From: an uncultured Candidatus Saccharibacteria bacterium
Lineage (GTDB): Bacteria > Patescibacteriota > Minisyncoccia > Phycocordibacterales > WO2-35-19
Direction: 5' to 3'
DNA: 64,000 nucleotides
Assembly: GCA_964589445.1 (NCBI GenBank)
Contig: CAZPQX010000004.1
Span: 17,632-81,631, forward strand
This document shows, one piece after another, positions 1 to 9,386 of this stretch. The notes below the pieces were generated by a model that saw only the letters and a program-made list of their open reading frames with translations, searched no databases and was not told where the DNA came from. The number at the start of each line of letters is the position of its first letter. Positions within the stretch are counted from its first letter, which is position 1. Position numbers and translations under genes: made by a program.

Positions 1-219
1 AACTACCCAGACGATTGGTATAAAGGCAAAGTTTCAACAAAAGACTTCGTAGAAAAAGTAGACTTAATACAAAATCTTTTTTATAGGATCGGCGACCTAT
101 CAGATTTAGCAAATGAGGATATAGATGTGATAGATATTAAGTCGTCAAAAGACGATTCACATGTAGTATTCCGAAATAAAAACGACGGGTTTTTATGGAT
201 TCTTAGGATAACTGACTAA
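1..219 (+). CDS. Partial CDS (3' end, 72 codons) of an unknown protein; convergently overlaps the yidC 3' end by 27 nt
   Basis: Frame 1 is open from the window edge to TAA at 217-219 (...DGFLWILRITD*). No recognisable motifs. Confidence 0.3.
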   Translation, partial: NYPDDWYKGKVSTKDFVEKVDLIQNLFYRIGDLSDLANEDIDVIDIKSSKDDSHVVFRNKNDGFLWILRITD

Positions 220-918
220 ACCTCTCTTTATATACATATCTTGAAGTACACTCACAACATTACTTACAAACCAATATAGGGCTACTATACCCGAGATTTG
301 CCAGGATATAAAGAATACTACGCCCGGCATAACGTATTTCATTTGTTTTGACATCATTTTGGAAAATTCTTCGGATGTTGATGGTGTTTTGGAGTCACCT
401 ATAGAAACAGGGCTAGAATTACTCATCTGCCAATAAGTACTTGCCGATGCAAGCACAGCGAGCAAAAGGCTCTTTTTTGAAACATCAAGAATCCCTAGAA
501 AAATCATGGATATATTTTCTGGAATTTTCACAAAAGAATACAATATACTTGTATCAACATTTGGTAGACCTGATCTGAAAAAGATATAGTAAAGAGAGAA
601 AACAACGGGTATTTGTATAAGAAGAGCGAAAACACTAGAGAGTGGGTTTATTTTGTTTACTTTATAAAACTCCATCACCTTCAGAGCCTGTTCTTGGCTG
701 TCTTTATATTTTTCTTTTATGGAATTTAGTTCCCCCTCTTTTTCTTTCATTTTAACCTGAGTAACAACAGTCTTTTTAGTGAGAGGGTAGAGTACGAACT
801 TAACCAAAATAACTAAAATAACTGCAGCTAATCCAGCATCAACCGAAAATTTGTCTATTATAAAAATAAAGAAATTATAAAGGGGGGTATATACTATTGT
901 TTTGAAGAAATCTATCAT
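193..918 (-). CDS. yidC: Membrane protein insertase YidC (short Oxa1-type)
   Basis: 241 aa with multiple TM segments and a charged loop (KMKEKEGELNSIKEKYKD). Sits directly downstream of rnpA in the conserved rpmH-rnpA-yidC order next to dnaA. Confidence 0.85.
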   Translation of the reverse strand: MIDFFKTIVYTPLYNFFIFIIDKFSVDAGLAAVILVILVKFVLYPLTKKTVVTQVKMKEKEGELNSIKEKYKDSQEQALKVMEFYKVNKINPLSSVFALLIQIPVVFSLYYIFFRSGLPNVDTSILYSFVKIPENISMIFLGILDVSKKSLLLAVLASASTYWQMSNSSPVSIGDSKTPSTSEEFSKMMSKQMKYVMPGVVFFISWQISGIVALYWFVSNVVSVLQDMYIKRGLVSYPKNP

Positions 919-1245
919 TTAAATTAAGTTTGATTCTTTTAATATTGAACTTACATTATCAAAAACTTTTGCTTGAGTATCAACTTTTGTTTTAAAAGCA
1001 AAATTTCCAATTATATTTTCTTTTAAGTTTGGCCACAAAATTTCTAGACTACGGTAACCTTGGCGCCTCATTCTATTCCTATCTACAGCATTCTTGGCTA
1101 TTTTTTTAGAAACAGAAAAAGAAAATTTACTATTATTTAGATTTTTCTTAAATCTAAAATTAAGAACTGAGTTTGATTTAAAAAAAGCCCCTTTAGACAA
1201 AGAAGGGAAGTCCTCCTTCGACATTCTTTTGAGCTTAGAAAGCAT
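919..1245 (-). CDS. rnpA: RNase P protein component RnpA
   Basis: Basic protein with the RNR-type motif (AVDRNRMRRQGYRSL). The track ORF runs to 1305, but its first 20 codons overlap rpmH in another frame. The likely start is the ATG at 1243-1245 (MLSKLKR...), 1 nt after the rpmH stop. Confidence 0.75.
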   Translation of the reverse strand: MLSKLKRMSKEDFPSLSKGAFFKSNSVLNFRFKKNLNNSKFSFSVSKKIAKNAVDRNRMRRQGYRSLEILWPNLKENIIGNFAFKTKVDTQAKVFDNVSSILKESNLI

Positions 1246-1246
1246 T

Positions 1247-1381
1247 TTAAACTGATATTTTGCTCCTACCTTTTCTTCTTCTCTCCTGCAAAACCTTTTT
1301 ACCACTAGTTGATTTGCTTCTTTTTAGGAAACCGTGCTTCTTAGACCTTTTTCTTTTTTTGGGTTGGTAAGTTACTGACAT
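1247..1381 (-). CDS. rpmH: Ribosomal protein L34
   Basis: Not in the ORF track (44 aa). My translation of the minus strand gives [44 protein letters not shown], which matches the L34 consensus MKRTYQPS.RKR...HGFR.RM.T..GR.VL..RR.KGR..L. Confidence 0.85.
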   Translation of the reverse strand: MSVTYQPKKRKRSKKHGFLKRSKSTSGKKVLQERRRKGRSKISV

Positions 1382-1525
1382 TTGTATTTACTTAATAAAC
1401 GAATCTTGTATAAAGTTGTTATTCGCACATTATAAACAAAATTGTCTATAAAAACAAGTTCCGCCAAAATAATTTAAATATATAATTGAGGCATCCAAAA
1501 ATTATTTGGTTAACGCAAAAAAAGA
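1382..1525. promoter_or_regulatory. AT-rich rpmH/dnaA divergent intergenic region (putative dnaA promoter, possibly part of oriC)
   Basis: 144 bp of very AT-rich spacer between divergent rpmH and dnaA. No perfect DnaA box was seen. Confidence 0.3.
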
Positions 1526-2866
1526 ATGGATACTCAAGAACTTTGGAACGATATCTTGGTTAAGATAGAATCCTCAGTATCAAAAGCCAATTTTGCCACT
1601 TGGTTTAAAGACACAAAGATACATGGCTTTGAAAATGGAGTAGTTTATTTAAGCGTTCCAAACACTTTCGTAAAAGAGTGGCTCACTAAAAAATTTCACC
1701 AGATTATACTCAAGTTTTTGAGAGAATCTTCTGAATCAATAAATGCTTTAGAGTATGTAATCAAAGAGGAGAGTAGTGCCAAGAAACACTATATACCTAC
1801 AAAAGCACAAGCAACAAAAGAACTTCCTTTATCTGATTGTTATGTAAACAAAGACGATAATCTAAACCCAAGATACACTTTTGAGTCTTTTGTAGTTGGA
1901 CCTTTCAACGAACTTGCTTATGCAGCAGCTCAGGCAGTCATAAAAAACTTAGGAGTTGCTTATAACCCATTTTTTATATGGGGAAATACAGGACATGGCA
2001 AAACTCACATGATCCAAGCAATAGGCAATGCAGTAAAGAGTGCTTACCCAGACAAAAAGATACTTTATTTTAATTCAGAAAAGTTTATAAATGACTATGT
2101 CACCTCTGTTCAAGCAAACAAAGTAACTCAATTCAAGGATAAATATAGGAAATATGACATGCTTATCATGGACGATGTGCAATTCCTCTCAGGAAAAGAA
2201 AAGACTCAAGAAGAGTTATTCCACCTTTTCAATATAATGAAGGATAGCAACAAACATATTGTATTCTCTTGCGATAAACACCCAAACTTCGTAACTGGTT
2301 TAGAAGATAGGCTAAAATCTAGGTTTGCTGCTGGTATGGTTATTGATATTCCTCCACCAGACCAAGAGTCTAGAGTGGCGATAATAAAGAAAAAATGTGC
2401 CAGCATAAACCTATTTCTAGAAGACAACATAATCGAATATTTAGCTGACTCTATAAAAGGTAATATTAGAGACCTTGAAGGTGTTATAAACCTTATAGTT
2501 TGCCAAACAGAGGCTAAAAATAGGTCACTATGGATAAACGAGATAAAGGATTTGGTAAAAAACAGTATAAAACAAAAGAAACTCCTTTCTTATAAAGAAG
2601 TAGTAAAGATAATTTCAGATTTCTATAAAATAGAAGAAGGTTCTATTTATGAAAAGACTAGAAAAAAGGAGATAATAAAACCAAGACAGATAATAATGTA
2701 TATATTGAGAGAAGACTTCAATATATCTTATCCTTCAATAGGAGAAAAGCTTGGTGGTAGAGACCATACTACTGTCATACACTCCTGTGAAAAAATAAAA
2801 ACAGAGATGAAAATGGACCCAATACTTCTAAAGGAGCTTCAAGAAATAAGATCTTTGATAGGTTAG
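1526..2866 (+). CDS. dnaA: Chromosomal replication initiator DnaA
   Basis: Walker A motif GNTGHGKTHM, AAA+ core (DDVQFL), C-terminal DnaA-box-binding helix-turn-helix. Followed by dnaN. Confidence 0.95.
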   Translation: MDTQELWNDILVKIESSVSKANFATWFKDTKIHGFENGVVYLSVPNTFVKEWLTKKFHQIILKFLRESSESINALEYVIKEESSAKKHYIPTKAQATKELPLSDCYVNKDDNLNPRYTFESFVVGPFNELAYAAAQAVIKNLGVAYNPFFIWGNTGHGKTHMIQAIGNAVKSAYPDKKILYFNSEKFINDYVTSVQANKVTQFKDKYRKYDMLIMDDVQFLSGKEKTQEELFHLFNIMKDSNKHIVFSCDKHPNFVTGLEDRLKSRFAAGMVIDIPPPDQESRVAIIKKKCASINLFLEDNIIEYLADSIKGNIRDLEGVINLIVCQTEAKNRSLWINEIKDLVKNSIKQKKLLSYKEVVKIISDFYKIEEGSIYEKTRKKEIIKPRQIIMYILREDFNISYPSIGEKLGGRDHTTVIHSCEKIKTEMKMDPILLKELQEIRSLIG

Positions 2867-3082
2867 GTGTTTAAAACCTGTAGATAACTTGTTATTTATC
2901 TGGTTAGAAACTGTTGCAAAGTAAGTCATTTTTGGATAAAAATTAGATAGAGGCTTTTATTCAACCAGTTTATTAACAGTTATCAACAACCACTAGTCTA
3001 AATAACCTTTATGGTTTAAGGTTTAAAGTAGTAATCCACAAATCCACAGCCTTTATATAGTCCTTGTATTAAAAATATAGAA
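2867..3082. promoter_or_regulatory. dnaA-dnaN intergenic region with a DnaA-box-like 9-mer cluster; candidate oriC
   Basis: One-mismatch matches to TTATCCACA: ttatcaaca (2979-2987), taatccaca (3032-3040), aatccacag (3041-3049), and ttatccaaa on the minus strand (~2931-2939). AT-rich. Confidence 0.4.
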
Positions 3083-4189
3083 ATGAAAATAAAAATAGAG
3101 AAAAACAAAATAGAGTCTCATATCCAAAAAGTTTCTAGATTGGCTGGTAAACACCTGACACTACCCGTGTTGTCATGTGTTTATATTGAGGCTAATTCTC
3201 AAAAATTAATCTTTAAATCTACAAATTTAGATGTTGGTCTCGAGATTAGTATAAAGGCGGACGTTATTGAAGAGGGTAATATAGCAGTACCGGCGGCTAT
3301 ATTACTAGGTTCACTACAGTCTATAAAAGAAAATGACATTGTAATTGAAACTAATGATAATAATTTAAAAATATCATCTACTAAAAATTCTGTGGTTATA
3401 AAATCTATGCCACATGAAGACTTTCCTAGTATCCCTGTTATAAATAAAGAAGACAATCTAAAATCAATAAAAATAAATGCTAAAGATTTGATGCTTGGTT
3501 TTAAGTCAGTTTGGTATAGCTCATCAAATTCAAATATAAAACCAGAACTAAGTAGTGTTTTTGTTTATACTGAAGATTCAAAATTAGTATTCGTATCCAC
3601 AGACTCTTTTAGATTGGCTGAAAAAAGAGTAAATACAAAAGTCGATAGTGATTTTCCTCAAACTCTCATACCTTACAAAAATGTATCAGAAATCTTAAAG
3701 CTTTTTGAAGACTATGCAGGAGATATAGATATCTTGTTTGATAAAAATCAAGCTGCATTTATGGCTCCAAATATATACCTTGTCTCTAGGTTGGTTGATG
3801 GATCTTTCCCTGATTACAAACAAATAATACCTAAAGTATTCACTACTAAAGCTATCTTACTAAAGGCAGATCTTTTAAATTCCATAAAAGCTTCAAATTT
3901 ATTTTCTGACTCTTTAAATCAGGTCAGGATAAAAATAAAACCAAACGATAAGGATTTATCCATAGAAGCCAAAAATAATGACGTAGGAGAGTATAAGGAG
4001 TCTTTGAGAGCTAATTTAGAAGGGGATGATATAGAAATCAACTTCAATAATAAATATATTATAGATTCATTTCAGTCCATATCAGGAGACAGTGTTACTC
4101 TTGAATTTGGAGGAACAAATAAACCCTTGATAATAAAAGGATCTTCAGATAATAGTTTTATGTATATGGTGATGCCTATGAATAGATAA
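3083..4189 (+). CDS. dnaN: DNA polymerase III beta sliding clamp
   Basis: 368 aa with a three-domain clamp-like repeat structure, immediately downstream of dnaA. Confidence 0.9.
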   Translation: MKIKIEKNKIESHIQKVSRLAGKHLTLPVLSCVYIEANSQKLIFKSTNLDVGLEISIKADVIEEGNIAVPAAILLGSLQSIKENDIVIETNDNNLKISSTKNSVVIKSMPHEDFPSIPVINKEDNLKSIKINAKDLMLGFKSVWYSSSNSNIKPELSSVFVYTEDSKLVFVSTDSFRLAEKRVNTKVDSDFPQTLIPYKNVSEILKLFEDYAGDIDILFDKNQAAFMAPNIYLVSRLVDGSFPDYKQIIPKVFTTKAILLKADLLNSIKASNLFSDSLNQVRIKIKPNDKDLSIEAKNNDVGEYKESLRANLEGDDIEINFNNKYIIDSFQSISGDSVTLEFGGTNKPLIIKGSSDNSFMYMVMPMNR

Positions 4190-4190
4190 T

Positions 4191-4439
4191 ATGTTAGGTA
4201 TATCAAATTTTCTTAAAAAGTTTATTGTTATTCAAAAAAACAATGAAGATATTTTTTTGAATATATTAAAAACAATAAAAGAATTCACAGGTATTGAACT
4301 TAATAAAAGTCATATAGAGATAAAAGGGGATAATCTATATTTCAAAATAAAACCAGCAGTAAAAAATGCTATTTTTCTAAAAAAAGACTCCATAGAGTCT
4401 TCCTTTAAAAACAATAAAATTTTTTTAAAAATAAAATAA
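4191..4439 (+). CDS. Small Lys-rich hypothetical protein (82 aa) downstream of dnaN; possibly DUF721/DciA-like (speculative)
   Basis: ORF starts 2 nt after the dnaN stop. Position matches the small proteins often found after dnaN/recF. No motif confirmed. Confidence 0.35.
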   Translation: MLGISNFLKKFIVIQKNNEDIFLNILKTIKEFTGIELNKSHIEIKGDNLYFKIKPAVKNAIFLKKDSIESSFKNNKIFLKIK

Positions 4440-4442
4440 TTA

Positions 4443-6575
4443 TTATTGATTAACCACAAACGGGTTATCTTGATGTAGATTGTTTTGTTGCGCCCAAATT
4501 CTTACGGGGTATTCCCATCTTTCAAACTGTGAATCTTCACTAGGATTTTCTGGAATTTCTCCTTTAGGATCATCTTTTTTTACCCAATTAAGTATTGTGT
4601 GCACACCCCCCGTTACAATCCTTTCGTTTCGTGTTGATGTACTATAAACTCCACCTTGCCATATTCCTTCTAAAACTGGTTTAACTCCTTTTTCTTCTAT
4701 TAGAGGTGATTCGAATTGTTCTGAAGGTAGCTTTGTAAGTGCTCTATCCATAAAAGCTCTCCACATAGGTGCCACTATATATCCAGCAACTCTTTTTTCC
4801 ATAGATGTATTGTCGTTGTTTCCTGCCCAAGCACCCACTGCTATGTTTGGAGTATACCCAATTATCCAAGCGTCTTTATAGTCGTTTGTGGTACCAGTTT
4901 TTACAGCTACATCTGTGTTGGGGAAGTTTAATACCGAAGTTTGTCCATATGCAGGTGTCCTCGCTACGTTATCTGAAAGCACATCTGAAATTTTTAATGC
5001 TATTTCTTTATCTAAAACTTCCTTAGAAGAGTTGTCCGATTCTTCTATTACTTCTCCAGTCTTATCTTTTATTTCTAAAATAGAGTCTGTAGTTGCCTTT
5101 ACTCCATTGTTTGCAAAAACTCCATAAGCAGAAGTAAGTTCTAGTGGGGTAACTTCACCACCTCCAAGTACTAGTGTTAGACCATAGTCTCCTTTATTGC
5201 TAAGAGAGAGTATCCCCATATCTCTAGCCAATCTTATTGATTCGTTTAATCCGGCGAGGTAGAGCACTTTTACAGAGGGTATGTTTAGGGATTGAGCCAA
5301 GGCATTTCTGAGTGTTATAGGGCCTCTAAACAGCCCATCATAATTTTCTGGAGAATAACACCCGTTTCCCATAGTCATATCATTTGGGGCACATTTAGTA
5401 GAAAATTGCGTTTTAAGGTCAAATACTACTGTATCTGGTGTGTATCCTTTTTTAAATGCTTCTGCATAAACAAAGGGTTTAAAGGTTGAACCAGGCTGTC
5501 TTTTTGCTAATGTCACGTTGAATGCACCGTCTATTTCTTTATCAAAATAATCCCTGGAACCAACCATGGTCAATATTTCTCCTGTTTTAGGGTCCACAGC
5601 TACTATCGCAGCGTTTTCTGCATTGAACTTTTCTTTATTCTCTTTTGCATAATCAAAAGCTATTTCTTCTGCTATTTGTTGTAATTCGTAATTTAGAGTT
5701 GTTTTGACTCTTAGACCACCAGTGTTTATTATTTCTTCCCCATACTTATTTTTTATTTGCTCTAAAACATAAAATACAAAATGTGGTGCTTTTATACTAG
5801 AATCATTCTTTTTTAAGAATTCAACTTTTTCTTTTTTTGCCGAATCATATTCTTCTTGTGTTATAAAACCACTCTCAAGCATTTCTGATAACACAAGATT
5901 TTTTCTCTCATCAAGCCTGTCTTTATTTGGCCCATAAGGGGAGTAGAAACTAGGTGCTTTAGGTAGAGCTGCAAGGTAAGCAGCTTCGCTTAAAGTTACT
6001 TCTGAAGCACTTTTACCGAAAAAGCTTTCTGATGCCTCTTCTACACCATAAATAACTCCTCCATAAGGTATTTCATTTAAATACATAGAAAGGATTTCTT
6101 CTTTTGTTGATACTTGTTCAAGCTTGATTGCTAGTACCCACTCCTTTAATTTTCTAGAAATATCTTTATCGTTTGTAAGTATTGAATTTTTTACAACTTG
6201 CTGTGTAATTGTAGAGCCACCCTGGCTAAAATCAAATGTTAGGATATTTACCAAAATTGCTCTTAAAAATGCAGTAGGCTTAACACCTATATGGCTATAA
6301 AACTCTTTATCTTCTATGGCTATCGTGGCGTTTTTTATATTTTTGGATATTTCTTCTATAGGAACAATACTTCTGCGTATGTTGCCACCGGTGTCGTATA
6401 GAAGTATATCTCCAGTCCTATCATATATTTTGGTTGATTCGGTGACCCGCCTCTCTCTTATAGACTCTGTGGTAGGTACTTTAAATGTACTTATCCATAT
6501 AAGTATAGAAGCCCCAAGGATGAGACTTAAGGAAATAAATAATAAAGCAAGGTTCTTTTTTAACATAACTATCAT
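4443..6575 (-). CDS. Class A penicillin-binding protein (bifunctional transglycosylase/transpeptidase, PBP1A family)
   Basis: N-terminal TM; GT51 motifs (EDKEFYSHIGV, QGGSTITQQVVKN); transpeptidase SXXK (STFKPFVY) and KTGT. Confidence 0.85.
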   Translation of the reverse strand: MIVMLKKNLALLFISLSLILGASILIWISTFKVPTTESIRERRVTESTKIYDRTGDILLYDTGGNIRRSIVPIEEISKNIKNATIAIEDKEFYSHIGVKPTAFLRAILVNILTFDFSQGGSTITQQVVKNSILTNDKDISRKLKEWVLAIKLEQVSTKEEILSMYLNEIPYGGVIYGVEEASESFFGKSASEVTLSEAAYLAALPKAPSFYSPYGPNKDRLDERKNLVLSEMLESGFITQEEYDSAKKEKVEFLKKNDSSIKAPHFVFYVLEQIKNKYGEEIINTGGLRVKTTLNYELQQIAEEIAFDYAKENKEKFNAENAAIVAVDPKTGEILTMVGSRDYFDKEIDGAFNVTLAKRQPGSTFKPFVYAEAFKKGYTPDTVVFDLKTQFSTKCAPNDMTMGNGCYSPENYDGLFRGPITLRNALAQSLNIPSVKVLYLAGLNESIRLARDMGILSLSNKGDYGLTLVLGGGEVTPLELTSAYGVFANNGVKATTDSILEIKDKTGEVIEESDNSSKEVLDKEIALKISDVLSDNVARTPAYGQTSVLNFPNTDVAVKTGTTNDYKDAWIIGYTPNIAVGAWAGNNDNTSMEKRVAGYIVAPMWRAFMDRALTKLPSEQFESPLIEEKGVKPVLEGIWQGGVYSTSTRNERIVTGGVHTILNWVKKDDPKGEIPENPSEDSQFERWEYPVRIWAQQNNLHQDNPFVVNQ

Positions 6576-6611
6576 TATGCCAAAAATTTTGAATTATGGT
6601 AGAGTTTTAAG

Positions 6612-7985
6612 ATGAAGCAGGATATTTTTGAAGACGGAAGGATATTTGAATTTGTTGATCCAAACAACACTTTTAAGGACAAATTATCCAAAAAAATAAA
6701 CGGATCTTACGATAAAGACATAATAATTAAATTTGGAGTTGATCCAACAAGGCCAGATATTCACCTCGGGCATGCTGTCATTTTTAGGTTCTTACGAAAA
6801 ATGCAAGATTTAGGTTGTAAGGTGGTTTTCTTAGTTGGCGACTTTACTGCTCGAATAGGCGACCCTACTGGAAAGAGTAAGGTAAGACCCGAGATTGATC
6901 AAAAAGAAATAGAACACAATATGAATACCTACCTTGAGCAGGTGGGAAAGGTTTTAAATACAGACCCTAAATTTTTTTCTTGGATAAGAAATTCTGATTG
7001 GTTTGTTGGTATATCTGATATTTTTGGCGAAGAGGGTGCCCAGGTAAAATTGCCAGAGCCTTTAGTGGGGGAAGTACCTGGCAATACTTTTATTGGAAAA
7101 TCTATTTTATACGAAAATTCAAGGATGCAGAGGACACATCTAGGCAAGCAAGGGATTGTAGGTATCACCCTCTCTACTTTTATTTGGACACTCAAAAAAA
7201 TAACCCATCAAAATCTTATAGATAGAGACATGTTTCAAGATAGGATAAAAAATGGGGAGGAGCTCTATATGCATGAAATGATGTACCCAGTGCTCCAAGG
7301 GATAGACTCTTTCGTTCTACACCAAATATACGGATCTTGTGATTTGGAGATTGGTGGTACTGATCAAACATTTAACATGCTTTTGGGCAGGGAAGTGATG
7401 AAGTTTAACTCTGTAGAGCCTCAAAGCGTCATATCTATGAAACTACTTCGTGGCACTGATGGAAAAGAAAAGATGAGTAAGAGCCTTTTGAATTATATTT
7501 CTATAAATGACACAGCTTCCGATATTTTTGGAAAAGTCATGTCAATCCCAGATGATTTGATGCCTGAATATTTTGATTTGTGTACTGATATGACCAAAGA
7601 AGAAATAGAATTGGTCAAGTCACAGATAAACAAAAAAGAAAATCTGAAGTCTATAAAGATGGATTTGGCCAGAAAGATCGTAGAAATATATCATGGCAAC
7701 TTGGCGGCAAGCTCAGCTTTTTCTATGTTTGAAAATGTTTTTTCAAACGGTGATTTCCCTAGTGACGCACCTATCATAGAAGCTGTTATTGGTGAAAAAT
7801 TGATAGATGTTTTTGTTTCTAATAATATAGTCGAATCCAAATCAGAAGCGAGGCGCCTCATAGAAGCAGGTGCTCTTTCAGAATATCCTGATAAAAAAAT
7901 ATTAGATACTTCTGTTACTGTTGAAGAAGGGGAGAAGAAGTTTAGGTTAGGTAAAAAAACTTTTTTGATTGTAAGGTCAAAATAA
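6612..7985 (+). CDS. tyrS: Tyrosyl-tRNA synthetase (with ~65-aa lineage-specific insertion and C-terminal S4 domain)
   Basis: HIGH region (DPTRPDIHLGH), GDFTARIGDPTGKS, KMSKS (EKMSKS), C-terminal S4-like domain (ESKSEARRLIEAGA). Confidence 0.85.
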   Translation: MKQDIFEDGRIFEFVDPNNTFKDKLSKKINGSYDKDIIIKFGVDPTRPDIHLGHAVIFRFLRKMQDLGCKVVFLVGDFTARIGDPTGKSKVRPEIDQKEIEHNMNTYLEQVGKVLNTDPKFFSWIRNSDWFVGISDIFGEEGAQVKLPEPLVGEVPGNTFIGKSILYENSRMQRTHLGKQGIVGITLSTFIWTLKKITHQNLIDRDMFQDRIKNGEELYMHEMMYPVLQGIDSFVLHQIYGSCDLEIGGTDQTFNMLLGREVMKFNSVEPQSVISMKLLRGTDGKEKMSKSLLNYISINDTASDIFGKVMSIPDDLMPEYFDLCTDMTKEEIELVKSQINKKENLKSIKMDLARKIVEIYHGNLAASSAFSMFENVFSNGDFPSDAPIIEAVIGEKLIDVFVSNNIVESKSEARRLIEAGALSEYPDKKILDTSVTVEEGEKKFRLGKKTFLIVRSK

Positions 7986-7993
7986 AAATATAA

Positions 7994-8027
7994 AAACAAA
8001 AACACCCTGACTACCAGGGTGTTTTTG
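7994..8027. terminator. Rho-independent terminator hairpin shared by convergent genes
   Basis: aaaaacaccctg-acta-ccagggtgtttttgtt: 9-bp GC-rich stem followed by a T-run, directly after the tyrS stop. Confidence 0.6.
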
Positions 8028-8043
8028 TTTGATTACATTACTT

Positions 8044-8146
8044 CTTCATCCTCTACTTCACCTTCTAATTCTTCCTCTTCTCCTTCTTCATTATCCTCTA
8101 CTTCATCTGATTCTGGATCTAATACTGGATCAAGTTCATCACTCAT
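8044..8146 (-). CDS. Tiny, highly acidic ORF (34 aa: MSDELDPVLDPESDEVEDNEEGEEEELEGEVEDEEVM)
   Basis: Below the ORF-track cutoff; read by eye on the minus strand downstream of ruvC. Could be chance or a small acidic peptide. Confidence 0.25.
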
Positions 8147-8256
8147 TATATTTAAATTACTTTTTAATTCCGCTTGCGCGGGTCCGAAATGTTTAAATTT
8201 CCGGACAAGTTTTTAATTTTTAACATATTAAAAATCTTTTGCAAGACTTTTTAGTA

Positions 8257-8781
8257 TTATTTGTGGATAGTGGTGGCGCTGCAAGTCAGGGCTATAGCTA
8301 TAGCATCGTATTCATCATCAATCCTTTTTTTACCATCCTTTGTTGGTTTAACTTTTATTATCCTTTCTACCATTGCCTCTACTTGTTTTTTGTCACTTTT
8401 GCCGTAGCCAGTTATAGCAAGTTTTACTTGGTTTGGATTAAACTCTCTTATTAAAAGGCCTGCTTCCTCTGCCTCTACGATTATGACACCACGAGCTTCA
8501 GAAACTTTGAAAGCTGTTTTTTTATTTTTACTCCAAAGGAGTGATTCTATGGCTAGTACAGAAGGGGAGTATTCTTTTATTACTGATCTAATTTTTTCTT
8601 TGAGTAGAAGCAGTCTCTCACTCGGTTCGGTCGTCTTATTTGTTTCTAGGCATTCAGAATGCAAAAGGTTTTCTCTACCTTTGGTTTTTTCTAATACAGC
8701 TATACCAATCCTTCCGTAGCCTGGATCTATACCCAAAATAATTGAATCATGAGTCATGAAGTATGAATCATGATTATTCAT
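8257..8781 (-). CDS. ruvC: Holliday junction resolvase RuvC
   Basis: ILGIDPGYGRIGIAVLE matches the RuvC N-terminal catalytic motif. An alternative start at 8757 (MTHDS...) is likely. Confidence 0.85.
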   Translation of the reverse strand: MNNHDSYFMTHDSIILGIDPGYGRIGIAVLEKTKGRENLLHSECLETNKTTEPSERLLLLKEKIRSVIKEYSPSVLAIESLLWSKNKKTAFKVSEARGVIIVEAEEAGLLIREFNPNQVKLAITGYGKSDKKQVEAMVERIIKVKPTKDGKKRIDDEYDAIAIALTCSATTIHK

Positions 8782-8805
8782 AATTCCTACTTCTTAAACC
8801 ATATT

Positions 8806-9339
8806 CTATACTGCGTTTGTATAAACTTCTTGGACTTCCTCGTTTTCCTCGAGCATATCTATAAGCTCGTCCAGTTTTTTGCCATCTTCCTCGCTTATTT
8901 CTATCTCTAGATTTGGCTTCCACTCTCCTTCAATTGTTTTTGTAAATCCCCAAGATGCAGATCCGGGTACTGCAAGCTCGTAACCATTTTTGGTCAGAAT
9001 ATGTTTTATTTCTTGAGCAGCTTTATTTCTATTTGAGGTAAGGCTTTGTATGATGAGGGCACAACCCCCAGGACCATAACTCTCATAAGTTATACTCTCC
9101 ATGTTTTCGTCATTTCCGCCCACTCCTTTTTTGATAGCTCTTTCTATATTGTCGTTCGGTACATTTGCAGCTTTTGCTTTTTCTATAGCACTACGCAGTG
9201 AAGGAGAATTTACATCTCCTTTGCATATTTTTGATTCAACAGTTAGAAGTTTGATTAGTTTACTGAAGATTTTTGCTTTCTGGCCATCTGTGACGGCTTT
9301 CCTGTTTTTTATTTTTGACCATTTATTATGTCCTGCCAT
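8806..9339 (-). CDS. yebC: YebC/PmpR family DNA-binding regulator
   Basis: MAGHNKWSKIKNRKA... is the canonical YebC N-terminus. The true start is at the ATG complementary to 9337-9339; the track ORF extends 8 codons further upstream. Confidence 0.8.
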   Translation of the reverse strand: MAGHNKWSKIKNRKAVTDGQKAKIFSKLIKLLTVESKICKGDVNSPSLRSAIEKAKAANVPNDNIERAIKKGVGGNDENMESITYESYGPGGCALIIQSLTSNRNKAAQEIKHILTKNGYELAVPGSASWGFTKTIEGEWKPNLEIEISEEDGKKLDELIDMLEENEEVQEVYTNAV

Positions 9340-9386
9340 AAAGACAGGATATAAAATATACATACAATAATCAAGAATCTAGTTGC

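Noticed and set aside
2206-2430. 74-aa minus-strand ORF inside dnaA
   Set aside because: Antisense shadow ORF in the DnaA AAA+ domain.
8019-8216. 65-aa Ser-rich plus-strand ORF
   Set aside because: Low-complexity translation of the strand opposite the acidic mini-ORF; runs through the convergent terminator region.
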